DNA from: Octopus sinensis
Lineage: Eukaryota
Direction of reading: 5' to 3'
Length of the DNA: 64,000 bases
Assembly: GCF_006345805.1 (NCBI RefSeq)
Contig: NC_043006.1
Location: 100,750,001 to 100,814,000, forward strand
Shown here: one piece after another, positions 42,673 through 55,900 of the stretch
How positions within the stretch are numbered: position 1 is the first letter of the stretch
Layout: each line of letters opens with the position of its first letter
Notes under the pieces: generated by a model
Seen by the model: only the letters and a program-made list of their open reading frames with translations
Databases searched by the model: none
Told to the model about the DNA's origin: nothing
Program-made: the position numbers and the translations under genes

Positions 42673-43689
42673 CTTATAGCAGAAAGAATTAAACAACCAA
42701 TAATGTCGCATGCATTCAATGTATAACCAAAGAATGTGTGCCTTGCGAATCTGCGGTAATCTTATTTTGCTTCCATCTTTTTCTATGGTATTGGAAGTGC
42801 TAAGTCTAATATATGTGTGGTACAAAATTGTAGTACTTCCTGCATTTCTGTAGCTTGATGTTTAGTTCCTGATCGATTTTCTCTCAAAATGACGAGCACG
42901 TGTGTGCAGAATGGAGAAATTAATATAGACAGATAGGTTTTGTTGTCAGAAATTGTAATTAATTGCAGTAATTAATAATTGTACTTATTCTACATTCAAG
43001 GGATGTGGCAGGGGGAAAATCTGCACAACTTAAAAGTTCTTGCATACGATGGGAACTAAGTATTACAGGGAACATAGGTCCGCTGGGGTTGTTTTAAACA
43101 CTAACATGCACACACACACGGATTCAAACACACGCACATACACACACATACGCACATGCACTTACACATACGCGCACTCACTATCTCTCTCTCTCTCACA
43201 CATACACAGGCATATATATATATTTACATACACATACATACACACATATATGTATGATTTTTTCTTTAAGTTTTATTTAAGTTATTCTTGAGAGAATTTA
43301 AGCCGGTCCCTAAGAAAACGACATTACTTCTTGAGTTGAGAGAGTTCCTGATATTTGAAAATGTGTGGTTCAGTTAGTATTTTGGTTGAACTGTCAATGC
43401 ATACATCTAAATGTGTATATCTCTTCACATAAGGATCTCAGATGGAGAAATTTTGGAATATCTTACCAATCTTCAGTGCGTCACTAATAGATGTATGTCG
43501 TAGGTACGCTATTATTCAGTTTTATTTCAAGATTTCTTGCCAACAGAGAAAGAGCCGGTTATGCATTGATGTATGTATGTGTCTCTTCTATTTTTTTAAT
43601 TATTACAAATTTTCCACTGCGATACAAGACTCCATCTTTGGAATATAGTTAATACAGACAAATCCACATTTGTACAATACTGTGGGTTC

Positions 43690-43830
43690 TTATTTCTTTG
43701 ACTTCGGGACTTATCTTTCCGACGGATTTCATTATAGAGTGTCCTAGCTACATCATGTCACAACGGTAGATAATACCGTGGTGACATTTTCGGACAACTG
43801 CTTATGATGTGGGAGAGGTGATATCTTTGG
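43690..43830 (-). mobile_element. R4-like LINE relic (CCHC region)
   Basis: SHIISSCPKMSPRYYLPL*HDVARTLYNEI on the minus strand. Confidence 0.6.
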
Positions 43831-44269
43831 TGATATCTTTGGTGGTGGTGGTGTCAGTAGTTGAGACAGTGGTGGTGCTAGCTTTCCTTTCCCATTTGCT
43901 TGCTTGGGTCCCTGTTGTCAGTATGTGTGTTGACGTTGTTCAACTGTGTCTGTGTGAATATAATTCAATGCCTTCTCTCTTCCCAGCAGTGTTCGGCAAT
44001 GCTGGGAAATCAATGTCCACGAAAGACCATGGAACGCCAGACGCTTTAGCCAAGTTATACATTTTTCAGGACAGATTTTTTAAAAATCTTTTTTAATGAA
44101 ATTTAAAAAGCGAAAATACGCCCCTGTGATTGTATTTTCGGATGACCGATTCAATCACACGAAACCTGATGTTGTTAACCAACTGTTGACAAACATTCAA
44201 TACAAACAATCATAAATAAATACGAGACGTTGATTTGACTTACGCAGTCGAAGATGACGACAGACAATC

Positions 44270-44365
<96 letters not shown>

Positions 44366-44676
44366 GTTGATATATATATTCATATTTAAAAGTTTATACT
44401 ACAACTGATTCCACATCTGGTTGCCTTTGTAAATTATTTTTACATTTGAAATTATTCTTAGCAAAGAATGTCACGACCAACTATTGAGGTAGTTACAAGT
44501 TATACATATTAAGTAATCTTATATTTTAGTTATGACGTTCAAAAATAACAAAGTAACACTGAAATTGTTCAACATGGCTGCTAAACGAAATAAATTGTAT
44601 TGGCTTTAGTCATTACAGTAAATAATGCCAGTGATTTAACTCACATAGATAGATAGATAGATAGATAGATACACGC

Positions 44677-44736
<60 letters not shown>

Positions 44737-45047
44737 ACATACTTAGTCACACATGCATACATATAACATATACCACCACATTCACATACATCTAAGTAAA
44801 TCTAATTATCTAGATATAACCACCAAGTCACCCACAACTGTTCAGCTGGTCATTAGGAATAAATTATAATAATAAATAAAAAGTTACTACACTCATACAC
44901 ACAATAAATACGAATTGAAAAAGTGTATTTAAACTATATATATATATATATACAGATACGCAGATACGCGCGCGCGTGGACGCTCACACATACACATATA
45001 CATACATACGCGCACACACATCCATAATGTATATATATAATAAAAAA

Positions 45048-45263
45048 GCTCATGGGCTCGGTTGCCCGGTTTCTATGTGTTCCCCAGCTGTATTGGACGC
45101 CAGTCCATCGCAGCGTTACTCATTTTTGCCAGCTGAGTGGACTGGAGCAACGTGAAAAGAAGTGTTTTGCTCAAGAACACAACGCGTCGCTCGGTCCAGG
45201 AATCGAAACCACAATCTTACGATCATGACGCTGACACCTTTACCACTAAGCCACGCGCCTCAC
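45048..45263 (-). mobile_element. tRNA-derived CORE-type SINE
   Basis: TGGCTTAGTGG, GTTTCGATTCC, TTCTTGAGCAAAACACTT...CACTCAGCT. Confidence 0.8.
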
Positions 45264-45671
<408 letters not shown>

Positions 45672-45917
45672 ATCCAGGGTTCCGAGTCTAGGGAGTTTGT
45701 AAGTTTCAAGCTGCAAGCGGCTGGTATAGAGAAGAAAAAGCGGTCAGTTCACGATAAGATACAAAAACAATTAATTAGCATCTGAGTTACACACAGTTGA
45801 ACCTCCTGTTGTGTCTGACTTGGAAACTCCGTGCGACAGTGCAATCTTCAGACGGATGATTATCTACGTTGAGTAGATTTCATGGAATAGCATTTGCATC
45901 AGGAACTGCAGATAGTT

Positions 45918-46045
45918 AGGTGTCTTGAGGAAATTTCGAACCTGGGTTCTCATTCCTAAGGTATTTTTCGATGTTATTATTATTGTTCAGGTCACTGCTT
46001 GGAATCGAACTCGGAATCTTGGGGTCAGTAGCCCGCGCTCTTACC
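45918..46045 (-). mobile_element. Inverted partial copy of SINE family D
   Basis: Reverse complement of ~46108-46234. Confidence 0.8.
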
Positions 46046-46091
46046 TTTATCAAAATCGTCCAGTTTCAGTAATGGACATCGGAATAAGCAT

Positions 46092-46372
46092 GGGGCATAT
46101 GGCGTAGTGTTTAAGAGTGCGGGATACTAACCCCAAGATTCCGAGTTCGATTCCAAGCAGTGACCTGAACAATAATAACATCGAAAAATACCTTTGGAAT
46201 GAGAACCCAGGTTCGAAATTTCTCCAAGACACTTGAAGAAAGCTGGAGGCTATATCAGCCGAAACGTTGTGTTAACAACAAACAAGATGAGGACAAATAT
46301 CTGCCGAATGTAAATAATGTAAATAATGTAAATAATGTGGATAATTCCACATCTCTTAAATATAGAACTGTA
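46092..46372 (+). mobile_element. SINE family D: tRNA head, short (AAT)n, hammerhead-like motif and AT-rich tail
   Basis: A box TGGCGTAGTG, B box GTTCGATTCC; GACAC-TTGAAGA-A-AGCTGG...TCAGCC-GAAA-CG-TT-GTGTT at 46228-46273. Confidence 0.75.
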
Positions 46373-46654
46373 TTTTTGTTGTTGTTGATGATGATGATGA
46401 TGTACATTTCAGTTCTCAGAGCTCACGATTTCACTTGCTCCGGTTGATTAAGAGGCGAGTGTCTCACAGAGGCTTCTTAGACGATACCTAACATCCTGGC
46501 ACCAGTCTCAAACACCTCGTTGTCCCCAGTAATGTTGTCTTCTCATTATATTCCCAATCTCCCAACAAAATTCTCAAAACTACTTTTTAACGCTCTCTAT
46601 GACCCTACAACTACTGCGATGTCACTTACTTTCTTCATTGCCTACATTCATGCA

Positions 46655-47201
46655 GTGGAGGCGCAATGGCCCAGTGGTTAGGGCAGCGGACTCGCGGTCG
46701 TAGGATCGCGGTTTCGATTCCCAGACCGGTCGTTGTGAGTGTTGGTGCCAAATCTTTGGAGCGACAAAGGTGGAAAGTGTGTGGTTGCAGAGGTTGAGCA
46801 AAAGTGTGTGAAATCTATCATCCTTCCAAATTAGTCTGGCGTAACATAGTAAATTTCATTGTCTCGACCACGGTCGAACAATGATGATGATGATGATGTG
46901 AGTGTTTATTGAGCGAAAACACCTAAAAGCTCCACGAGGCTCCGGCAGGGGATGGTGATGATCCCTGCTCTACTCTTTCACCACAACTCTCTCTCACTCT
47001 TACTTCCTGTTTCTGTTGTACCTGTATTTCAAGGGGCCGGCCTTGTGACTCTCTGTGTCACGCTGAATATCCCCGAGAACTACGTTATGGGTACACGTGT
47101 CTGTGGAGTGCTCAGCCACTTACACTTTAATTTCACGAGCAGGCTGTTCCGTTGATCGGATCAACCGGAACCCTCATCGTCGTAACCGACGGAGTGCTTC
47201 C
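46655..47201 (+). mobile_element. SINE family A with nested insertion at 46744-46896
   Basis: TSD ACATTCATGCA; insert has a (GAT)n tail and TSD TGTGAGTGTT. Confidence 0.85.
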
Positions 47202-47448
47202 ACATTCATGCAATCTGATCATGTTGTGACTTGTACTTCTCAATCTTTTCCAGTTTTTCATCATCCACCCATACATCAATTCGTATTTATTGTGTGTATG
47301 AGTGTAGTAACTTTTTATTTATTATTATAATTTATTCCTAATGACCAGCTGAACAGTTGTGGGTGACTTGGTGGTTATATCTAGATAAATTAGATTTACT
47401 TAGATGTATGTGAATGTGGTGGTATATGTTTATATGTATGCATGTGTG

Positions 47449-47910
47449 GCACATGCATCACAACCATATGTGCGCGACATGGTGATCTCATATCAAGATA
47501 AACAGCACATGACCTTGCAGGTGCGGCCCAGTTAGAATTGAATTTTCTTCAGGTTGAGTAGCCCATCCCGCTCAAAAGGTCCCTGAATAAGGGTTGTTTA
47601 AGGATGTTGAAAGAACCACCCATGTTTCCAGAGGTGAATTATTCAAACCCCAAAGAATCCCTCTCAACACATGGCTATGATGCTCCCCCACTACTTCTGC
47701 TCGTGATCAGAGATGCACATATTGTCAGCCACTAAGGGACAAGCTCAACTGGTTAAGGTCAAACAACTGACAAGCAAATCTGTGGTATTGAGCAGAATAT
47801 TTGCTGTAGCCCATATTTTATACCAAGACAAAACAATGTACATGATAACACTTCCAATCAGTTAAGATCAGAAGCCATGAGGGCCACTGCCTGGTACTGC
47901 ATCAGGGCAT
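47449..47910 (-). mobile_element. 556-bp element copy lacking its 3' ~95 nt
   Basis: Matches 40818-41276; followed by ~600 bp of (TAT)n. Confidence 0.85.
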
Positions 47911-47941
47911 ATTATTATTATTATTATTATTATTATCATCA

Positions 47942-47993
<52 letters not shown>

Positions 47994-48022
47994 TACTATT
48001 ATTATTATTATTATTATTATTA

Positions 48023-48054
<32 letters not shown>

Positions 48055-48515
48055 TATTATTATTATTATATTATTATTATTATTTTTATCATTATTATTA
48101 TTATTATTATATTATTATCATTATTACTATTATTATTATTATTACTATTATTATTATTATTATTATTATATTATTATTATTATTATTATTATTATTTTAT
48201 TATTATTATATTATTATTATTATTATTATTTTTATCATTATTATTATTATTATTATCATTATTACTATTATTATTATTATTACTATTATTATTATTATTA
48301 TTATTATTAGTATTTTTATCATTATTATTATTATATTATTATTATTATTATTATTATTATCATCATCATCATCATTATTATTATCATCATCATCTTATTA
48401 TTATTATTATTATTATTATTATATTATATTATTATATTATATTATTATTATCATTATTATCTATTCTTCATTTATTTATCTATTTTGTTATATATTTTTA
48501 TTTTTATTTACTTAG
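47911..48515. repeat. Long (TAT)n tract
   Basis: Seen directly. Confidence 0.95.
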
Positions 48516-49330
48516 CACTTCTGTATTTTATAAGTCAGTAAGACAGTTTCCTGCATTATAAATAATATTAGAAATAAAAGCTACTGTAGATTCATACATT
48601 AAATATGCTTACCATGTTGATAGAGGGGAAATAAGTTCATTTGTGCCTTGTTTTATAAACAACAAGTCTGTCAAAATTTGCAGTCAATAAAAGTAACGTT
48701 CGCTCATGCATTATTGAACAGGCATGTCGACTACATGATTTTTCTATTACCGAAGTAAGAAGATAAGGGAGGTTACCTAAATTAATTCTCTAGACATTTT
48801 CTTATTTATGAATAATTGATAGTTAACATGTTCAGTCATAAAAGAATTCATAATAACTAAAGCCAAAAGATCAGTAGAGAAATATTCAAGAAATAATTTA
48901 TGTTCTATTTATATAATCATGGTAGAAAAAACCTTCTGACACAGCACATATTATGTCTACATTGAGTTGTAGATATGCTTTTCTCCTTACATCAAATTCA
49001 ATTTGATATATGATACTTTTTCCTGCATAAGAGAATATTTTCGTTTATCCATAACAAAAATCAAAATGCTATATTGCATTTACAAGTTGGTAGTTTAAGA
49101 AGTTGCCATTTACTTTATTTGTGCTAAAGTTTATTCTAGCAAAATTAAGCAGTTGGGAAAATAAAAACATAATGCGGCGGCGAACTGGTAAAGTTGTTTA
49201 TTCTTGAAAGCTTTCCCTTTCCATGCCACTGATATTTCAACGAGCGACTGGCTGCCTACACAGATGTTCACCACTTGTTGCGGGTGTTGCTGTCAGAATG
49301 CCAAGACGCATTATTATTATTATTATTATT

Positions 49331-49898
49331 CTATGTTTGACTTTTGCTTTATGTCTGTACAAGTTGACTCCAAGTCTCACCCAGAGACCTCAAGAGACAA
49401 CAGGTTGGAAGTTCTGTGCCATATATTTGGGTTTTTTTTTTTTTTTTGGTGTTGTACTAGTGAATGTCTAATACATAAAAAAAAATTATAAATAAATAAA
49501 AAAGTTTGTTTTAAACCTTGGGATTACATATAAAGTATTTTGCGTAGGATATGAGCAGTTCCCATGAGCACTATCTTTTGAATTTCTGCCATTTTGGGGT
49601 TTCCTGGTATCTGAGTTAGGTAGCAATCAGTCCCTTTCGCTATCATTCCCAGAGCACCTATGACAACAGGTATTGTTTTAGTCTTCAGCTTCCACATTTT
49701 GCTGATTTCTATTTCAAGATCTTTATATTTGCTCAGTTTTTGGTAGGTCTTGACAGATACGTTTATATCGATTGGGACAGTCATATCAATGAGGAGGCAT
49801 GTTCTTTGTCTGAAGTCTTTCAATATAATGTCTGGCCTATTTGCATCTATCTTCCTGTCAGTTTGAATGGTGAAGTTCCAGAGGAGTGAGATGTGGTC

Positions 49899-49900
<2 letters not shown>
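49331..49900 (-). mobile_element. R4/Dong LINE 3' fragment (RLE domain and 3' UTR) in (AAT)n
   Basis: WNFTIQTDRKIDANRPDIILKD...IDMTVP...KLSKYKDLEIEISKMW...IPVVIGALG; (TAT)n on both sides. Confidence 0.9.
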
Positions 49901-49952
<52 letters not shown>

Positions 49953-50584
49953 CATTACTATTATTATGTGAGGGTGCATAGCCTAGCGGTCGTGATTTCA
50001 ATTCCTAGATCGTGCGGCGCGTTGCATTCTTGAGCAAAACACTTCATCTCTCGTTGGTTTGTGATCAGTTCGACACATGGATACAATACTTTGCAGTATT
50101 TGTTCCTAGTCTTTGCGTTCAGATTTCACCGACATCAACTTTAGACTTCATTCCTTTCCATGATAAGAAGATAACTGTCCAGAGCTGTGGATTGATGGGA
50201 CTGTTAGTGCATTGGATGAGATACCTTGCAGTATCCATCGCGCCTCTTGGCGTTCTGACAGCAACACTCGCAACAAGTGGTGAACATCTGTGTAGGCAGC
50301 CAGTCGCTCGTTGAAATATCAGTGGCATGGAAAGGGAAAGCTTTCAAGAATAAACAACTGAGCGCCTCCAACAAAAGCAAAAATGTTTGCGCGTACATGT
50401 GCTGTTATGTCATCTCTTGACAGACGGAAGACTCACAGTTTAAGATGTTAATATGCTTGAACCATTGTTAGTCCTGACCAAATCGCTGCGCAATTCTCCG
50501 ACTGCTCATTTGATGCGTCTAGTGTTGGTGTTTTCATATTTTTCAGTTTTTGTATATGCAACATTACTAAATAGCAGGTTGTTT

Positions 50585-50950
50585 TGAACTACTCTGTACT
50601 CTTTCTATTGTTTATAGTTTATGTAAGTAGTCAGTTAATAGTAGCTTGCTCAGGGCTATTCGATGCTGTCTATATTGATTATACTGTGTTAATATCTAAG
50701 CGATAGTAGGTTGCTATGGACTATTATATTTTGCCTCTACTTATTATAGTATGTTAGTCATTAGTTAATATATGCCAAAGTCTACTTCATGTTGTCTATA
50801 CGGCTATAGTACATGTTAGAAGCTAATTAACACTGGGTTGTTAGGGACTTCTCCATACTGTCTATACTCCTTATAGTATAGGTTTGTATTTCTTCAAGAG
50901 TATCTTGGTATGGACTACTCAATACTGTCTCTACTGATTACAGTGACGTT
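50585..50950. repeat. Degenerate minisatellite, about six units of ~65 bp
   Basis: GGACTACTC..TACTGTCTATACT..TTATAGT-like motif at ~50587, 50654, 50718, 50780, 50845, 50912. Confidence 0.6.
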
Positions 50951-52599
50951 TGTGAGTATCATTTAATCTGTGTCATCGGATGAGGACGAATCTGACGTTT
51001 CAGAACTGACTCTTCGCCACAAAGGGAGTTTTTTTGTTTCTCTTTCTAAGTTTCCCAAGAAAAGACAGTCTGGAGAATTAAATTCATTTCCTTTTTAAGT
51101 CATAGAAGCTTGTTGAGAGTCACAAACTTCAACATATTAACTGTTGCAGATGGAGTCAACCACCAGCTATTTTAGACCCTGTTTTACTTCCATTATCTTT
51201 GTAATTTTATAACATTTTATTTCTTCTAATTTTTTAAATATGTATATTATGTCGTATACTAATTATAAAGGTGTTTAGTAATTAGAATGTGTGGGGCTCA
51301 CAACCATAAAATTTTAGATTCGATTCCCAAATGAGACAGTGCGCTGAATCTACGAGCAAGGCACATCCCTTGTATCTACTCAGTTGAATATGAGTATCAA
51401 CCAACTACTAGTGCAGCTCTTTCCTTCTCCCACTGTGATGTCCCCAATGTTTTGTTGAGTCAATGATGGACAAACAAAGAAGGCCTGTGCCTGCTCACAA
51501 CGACAAAGGCACCAAAAGCATTAGGATCATGATGTGATTTTCAACATACGTGTTGATTTTGTTTTGCAAATCGTGCTGCCGTCATGGGTCACAAAATCCA
51601 GTTGATTCAGGCATTTTAATATCTACATGTCAAAATCTCAGTAGTATTAACCTTTTTCAAGTATATTCTTAATTTCACATCTATCTTCACTCACACATAT
51701 GCTTTAGGCACGTCACAGAATAAAGTATGTTCAAATATTCATGTGAATAAAGATTCCTTATATTGACACAAGATCCCGAAATTGTTGGCAAGGGTTTAAG
51801 TGATTGCACCAAGCATAATATATTATGGGTACTTATTTAAAGAATCTTCCTGAGATAATAAACAAGGTCAAATTGGGGAAGGTGTGAACTTAGAATGTAG
51901 TGAGAGTCTACTAAATATTGAGAAGCATTTAATCCGTCAATCTCGTGTGTGGCCTTGTGATAAAGTTACAAATCAATATTGCACCCTGCGTCACTACAAG
52001 ATGTGTCTCTTCATAAGCAGACATGAGATTCACGCCAGTAATCATTGTCAGGACGCCATACAGTGACATTTACCTATTAGGTAACTTACATAGAATTTAT
52101 TTAATACTCCTATCGGAAACATAAAATATGTTGATTATTGCTCCAGGCAGGCCACAAACTGAAATCAGCTTTAGGTGCTTCGTTTTATGTGTTTTTATAC
52201 ATAATTTAATATAAAACAGGATATCAAGTCACACTGGCTTCTCAAAGAAATGGAGATTATTCACTAATGTAAGTTTCAGTCGTGGCTGGTGCAGTTCAAA
52301 AGTTCGCTTCATGACTTCATGATTTCAGGTTCAATTCTCCTGTACTGCGACTTCAGTAAGCTTCTTCCACCAATATCATCAGATCATTCACTACCGTGTG
52401 AGTGGAATATAGTAGACAAAAGCAATGGGTGATGTTTTTGACAGGAACCATTTCTGATCCTGTATAAATACCACTACAAAGTATTTGGGTGATTTTATCA
52501 GAGCCCTTTATGCTGCAAGGATGACTGGCGCTTGCATTCCACCCCTAAACTTGTCGTTAAATAATAGTTTTGAACTTGTGAAAATCAATTATCGAGGTT

Positions 52600-54320
52600 A
52601 GGGTTATCTAAGTGAAAATATAGAGGTTCTAGAGATGCAGTTGAGAGGAAAGTGCATCAGGTATAATATCGAGTAAAAGTTCTGTAGGTGGAAAATGGAA
52701 TGGTTGATCTGGAGAAGTACAAGAAATATGTGTAAATAGTTACAAGCAGTATATAGGGAAAAGGTTCAAAAGAGCAGAAAACAAAGTGAAATTGGTGAAA
52801 TGTATCGGCTGAAGGCATAGTTTGCTTACAGTCAATTGGTTGAACAGTATTAGTTAAGTGATAGTCTAAAGACCTGAGAGATGGTATTTTCTTTGAATAT
52901 GATCCAGTACATAAGAGTTTTATACTTATACTTACACTCGGATATGTAACACACACTCCAGGGAAGCACAAACATGTACTATTTCGAATAAATCTATATC
53001 CAGTAGTTGTAACAATCGTTATAGAATGAGAAGTTGGTGACAGAAAGAGAGTGTATGCAGTTGAAAGTAATTTTGATGGTGATTTGGTCGACAGTTATAA
53101 TGCAGGAAATGAATGTAGTGGCTTAATATGCAAAGTGAAAGTAGGCAGAGAATAGCTTAGCTTAATTTACTTGAGTATTGCATCCAGATACCTATGAATT
53201 GAGGAGCGATGAAAAGGAGGACTTAGTCTTGTCAGAATCATTATGGCAGAAAATTGGAAGGTTAAGTTGAATTTAAAGCAATTGGAGGCCCGCTTCTGAC
53301 CATGCATTGCACAATGACATACTTTGTTCTTTTAATATTCATCTTGTGAATGTTATACTTAGAAGCAAATACTTTCCATTCGGTGACAGTCGGTGGCTTT
53401 TCCAGAGGTTTCAGATTATATTTTTGTATTTATATATCAACCATTTCTGCCTAATTACGTACTTTGGTAAGGTAAATATATGGGTAGAACCTAATCTAAG
53501 GGATACTCAGTTTGACAGATACAATACTTAAAACATCGCGCGTGCTGTATCCTGGACATACGGGTCTTGCATCATACATCCTCCCCAACGCGACACAACC
53601 TAGTTTGATCAAGCCTCGACCAGCGTCCAACTAGCATTATACTAAACACACTGATCACCACTTTTCAGCCAAAGCAATCTAGATGCTTTGACAGACTCAA
53701 TGTTGTTCTTCTTCATAGATCAAAAATTCGTTGGTATCTGAGCTAATGAGCGTAAATTTATCCAAAATCGAACTAATGATAAAATATCCTGTGTTTCAAA
53801 AGCAAATTAGGAAGAATCTTTAGTACTATGTAAGATGCAAGAAAGCAACAATTAAACGACAAACTTAAGAGCACAACAGGTAATATCTAAATAGAACATG
53901 CATTTAGAGATGAGGAGGAGATTAAAACTATAAGAACATCAGTGAGTTTTCTGGAATATGAATGAGATACAAGATTAACAGGTATACAGTGCTTGTAATA
54001 TCAAGTACTTTAACCTCTAAACTAAGATGAGAGAAGTAGCTGTGCCAGAGAGAGGTGAGCATCGCTGACTCTCATGAGAAAAGTACAGACAACTCATGAA
54101 CTTAGGGGAATTACAACACTTTGTTCCTGACAAATTAGGGATAGCTGTGAATAGAATGGATTCGCTCTTCGTGCAGATTCCCTCATTTGAGGAGGAATCA
54201 GAATTGGAAATGTAAACTTAACTATACGAGTGAGTCAAAGATATCGAGTTAATAATACGCATTTCGAAGGAGACAATGTGGGGCCTGCTTGTTAGCAGGA
54301 AGTGGAGTGTGAAGTCAGAC
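52600..54320 (-). mobile_element. Highly decayed APE-type LINE (CR1/Jockey group) RT relic
   Basis: Weak motifs in plausible order: IP, RLI, LSKA near 53690, GVPQG-like near 53500. Confidence 0.35.
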
Positions 54321-54506
54321 TGGAATGAATAACATATTGAATAGTTTCTGGTTTTGGGTAAAAGAAAATAGAGGAGGATCAGTTAACTATGATTTTATTC
54401 AACATATTTAATCTCAGATTTCCATACAGTTTTTTTTTAATCCCTGTAAAATAACTCGGAAGGTTGGGTCTCCATCCAAACCTTTCGCGACACCACAGGC
54501 ATATAC

Positions 54507-54664
54507 GGGCATATAGCGTAGTGATTAAGAGCGCGGGGTACTAACCCCAAGATTCAAAGTTCGATTCCAGGCATTAAACTGAATAATAATAATAATAATA
54601 ACAATAATAATAATAACAATAATAATAATAACAACAACAACAACAACATCGAAAAATACCTTAG
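54507..54664 (+). mobile_element. SINE family D 5' part with expanded (AAT)n/(AAC)n
   Basis: GGGCATATAGCGTAGTG...GTTCGATTCC...CATCGAAAAATACCTTAG. Confidence 0.8.
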
Positions 54665-54678
54665 ATGTAGTGTAAAAT

Positions 54679-54877
54679 TACGTGGGGTGTTGAAAGTTCT
54701 TGGCTTTAAGGGTGTCGCGAAAGGTTTGGGTGGAGACCCAACCTTCCGAGTTACTTTACAGGGGTTAAAAAAACTGTATGGAAATCTGAGATTAAATATG
54801 TTGAATAAAATCATAGTTAACTGATCCTCCTCTATTTTCTTTTACCCAAAACCAGAAACTATTCAATATGTTATTCA
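54679..54877 (+). mobile_element. Mariner-derived MITE relic
   Basis: TACGTGGGGTGTTGAAAGTTC TIR-like start and KYVE* transposase-end-like motif. Confidence 0.4.
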
Positions 54878-55241
54878 TTCCAGTCTGACTTCACACTCCA
54901 CTTCCTGCTAACAAGCAGGCCCCACATTGTCTCCTTCGAAATGCGTATTATTAACTCGACATCTTTGACTCACTCGTATAGTTAAGTTTACATTTCCAAT
55001 TCTGATTCCTCCTCAAATGAGGGAATCTGCACGAAGAGCGAATCCATTCTATTCACAGCTATCCCTAATTTGTCAGGAACAAAGTGTTGTAATTCCCCTA
55101 AGTTCATGAGTTGTCTGTACTTTTCTCATGAGAGTCAGCGATGCTCACCTCTCTCTGGTCCAGTTACTTCTCTCATCTTAGTTTAGAGATTAAAGTACTT
55201 GATATTATTACTTGTACTTTTCTCATGATTGTTAGCGATGC

Positions 55242-55289
<48 letters not shown>

Positions 55290-55291
<2 letters not shown>

Positions 55292-55845
55292 GCCCTGATG
55301 CAGTACCAGGCAGTGGCTCGCATGGCTTCTGATTTTAACTGATTGGAAGTGTCATCATGTACATTGTTTTGTCTTGGTATAAAAGATGGGCTACAGCAAA
55401 TATTCTGCTCAATACCACAGATTTGCTTGTCAGTTGTTTGACCTTAACCAGTTGAGCATGTCCCTTAGTGGCTGACAATACGTGCATCTCTGATCACGAG
55501 CAGAAGTAGTAGGGGAGCATCATAGCCATGTGTTGAGAGGGATTCTTTGGAGTTTGAATAATTGACCTCTGGAAACATAGGTGTTTTGTTCAACATCGTA
55601 AAGCAACCCTTATTCAGGGACCTTTTCAGCAGGATGGGCTACTCGACCTGAAGAAAATTCTAACTGGGCCCCACCTGCAAGGTCACGTGCTGTTTATCTT
55701 GATATGAGATCACCATGTCGCGCACATATGGTTGTGATGCATGTGCCTGGTGTACCCTTATCAGACGGGTAGTCATGATGGGTATGCTGGGCTTCGTATA
55801 TTTTACCCCAGTGTCACTTTGATGGCATGCACTGCTCTCTCACTC
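55290..55845 (+). mobile_element. ~556-bp non-coding element inserted in (AAT)n, full length
   Basis: (AAT)n on both sides; four other copies or fragments in the window. Confidence 0.85.
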
Positions 55846-55900
55846 AATAATAATAATAATAATTATTATTATTATTATTATTATTATAATAATAATAATA

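Larger units (their letters stand above)
53996..55207. repeat. ~500-bp inverted duplication (53996-54494 / 54711-55207)
   Basis: Arms are near-perfect reverse complements. Confidence 0.95.

Noticed and set aside
55290-55700. HDV-like ribozyme at the 5' end of the 556-bp element
   Set aside because: Could not assign P1, P2, P3 and L3 by eye; needs a structure-descriptor search
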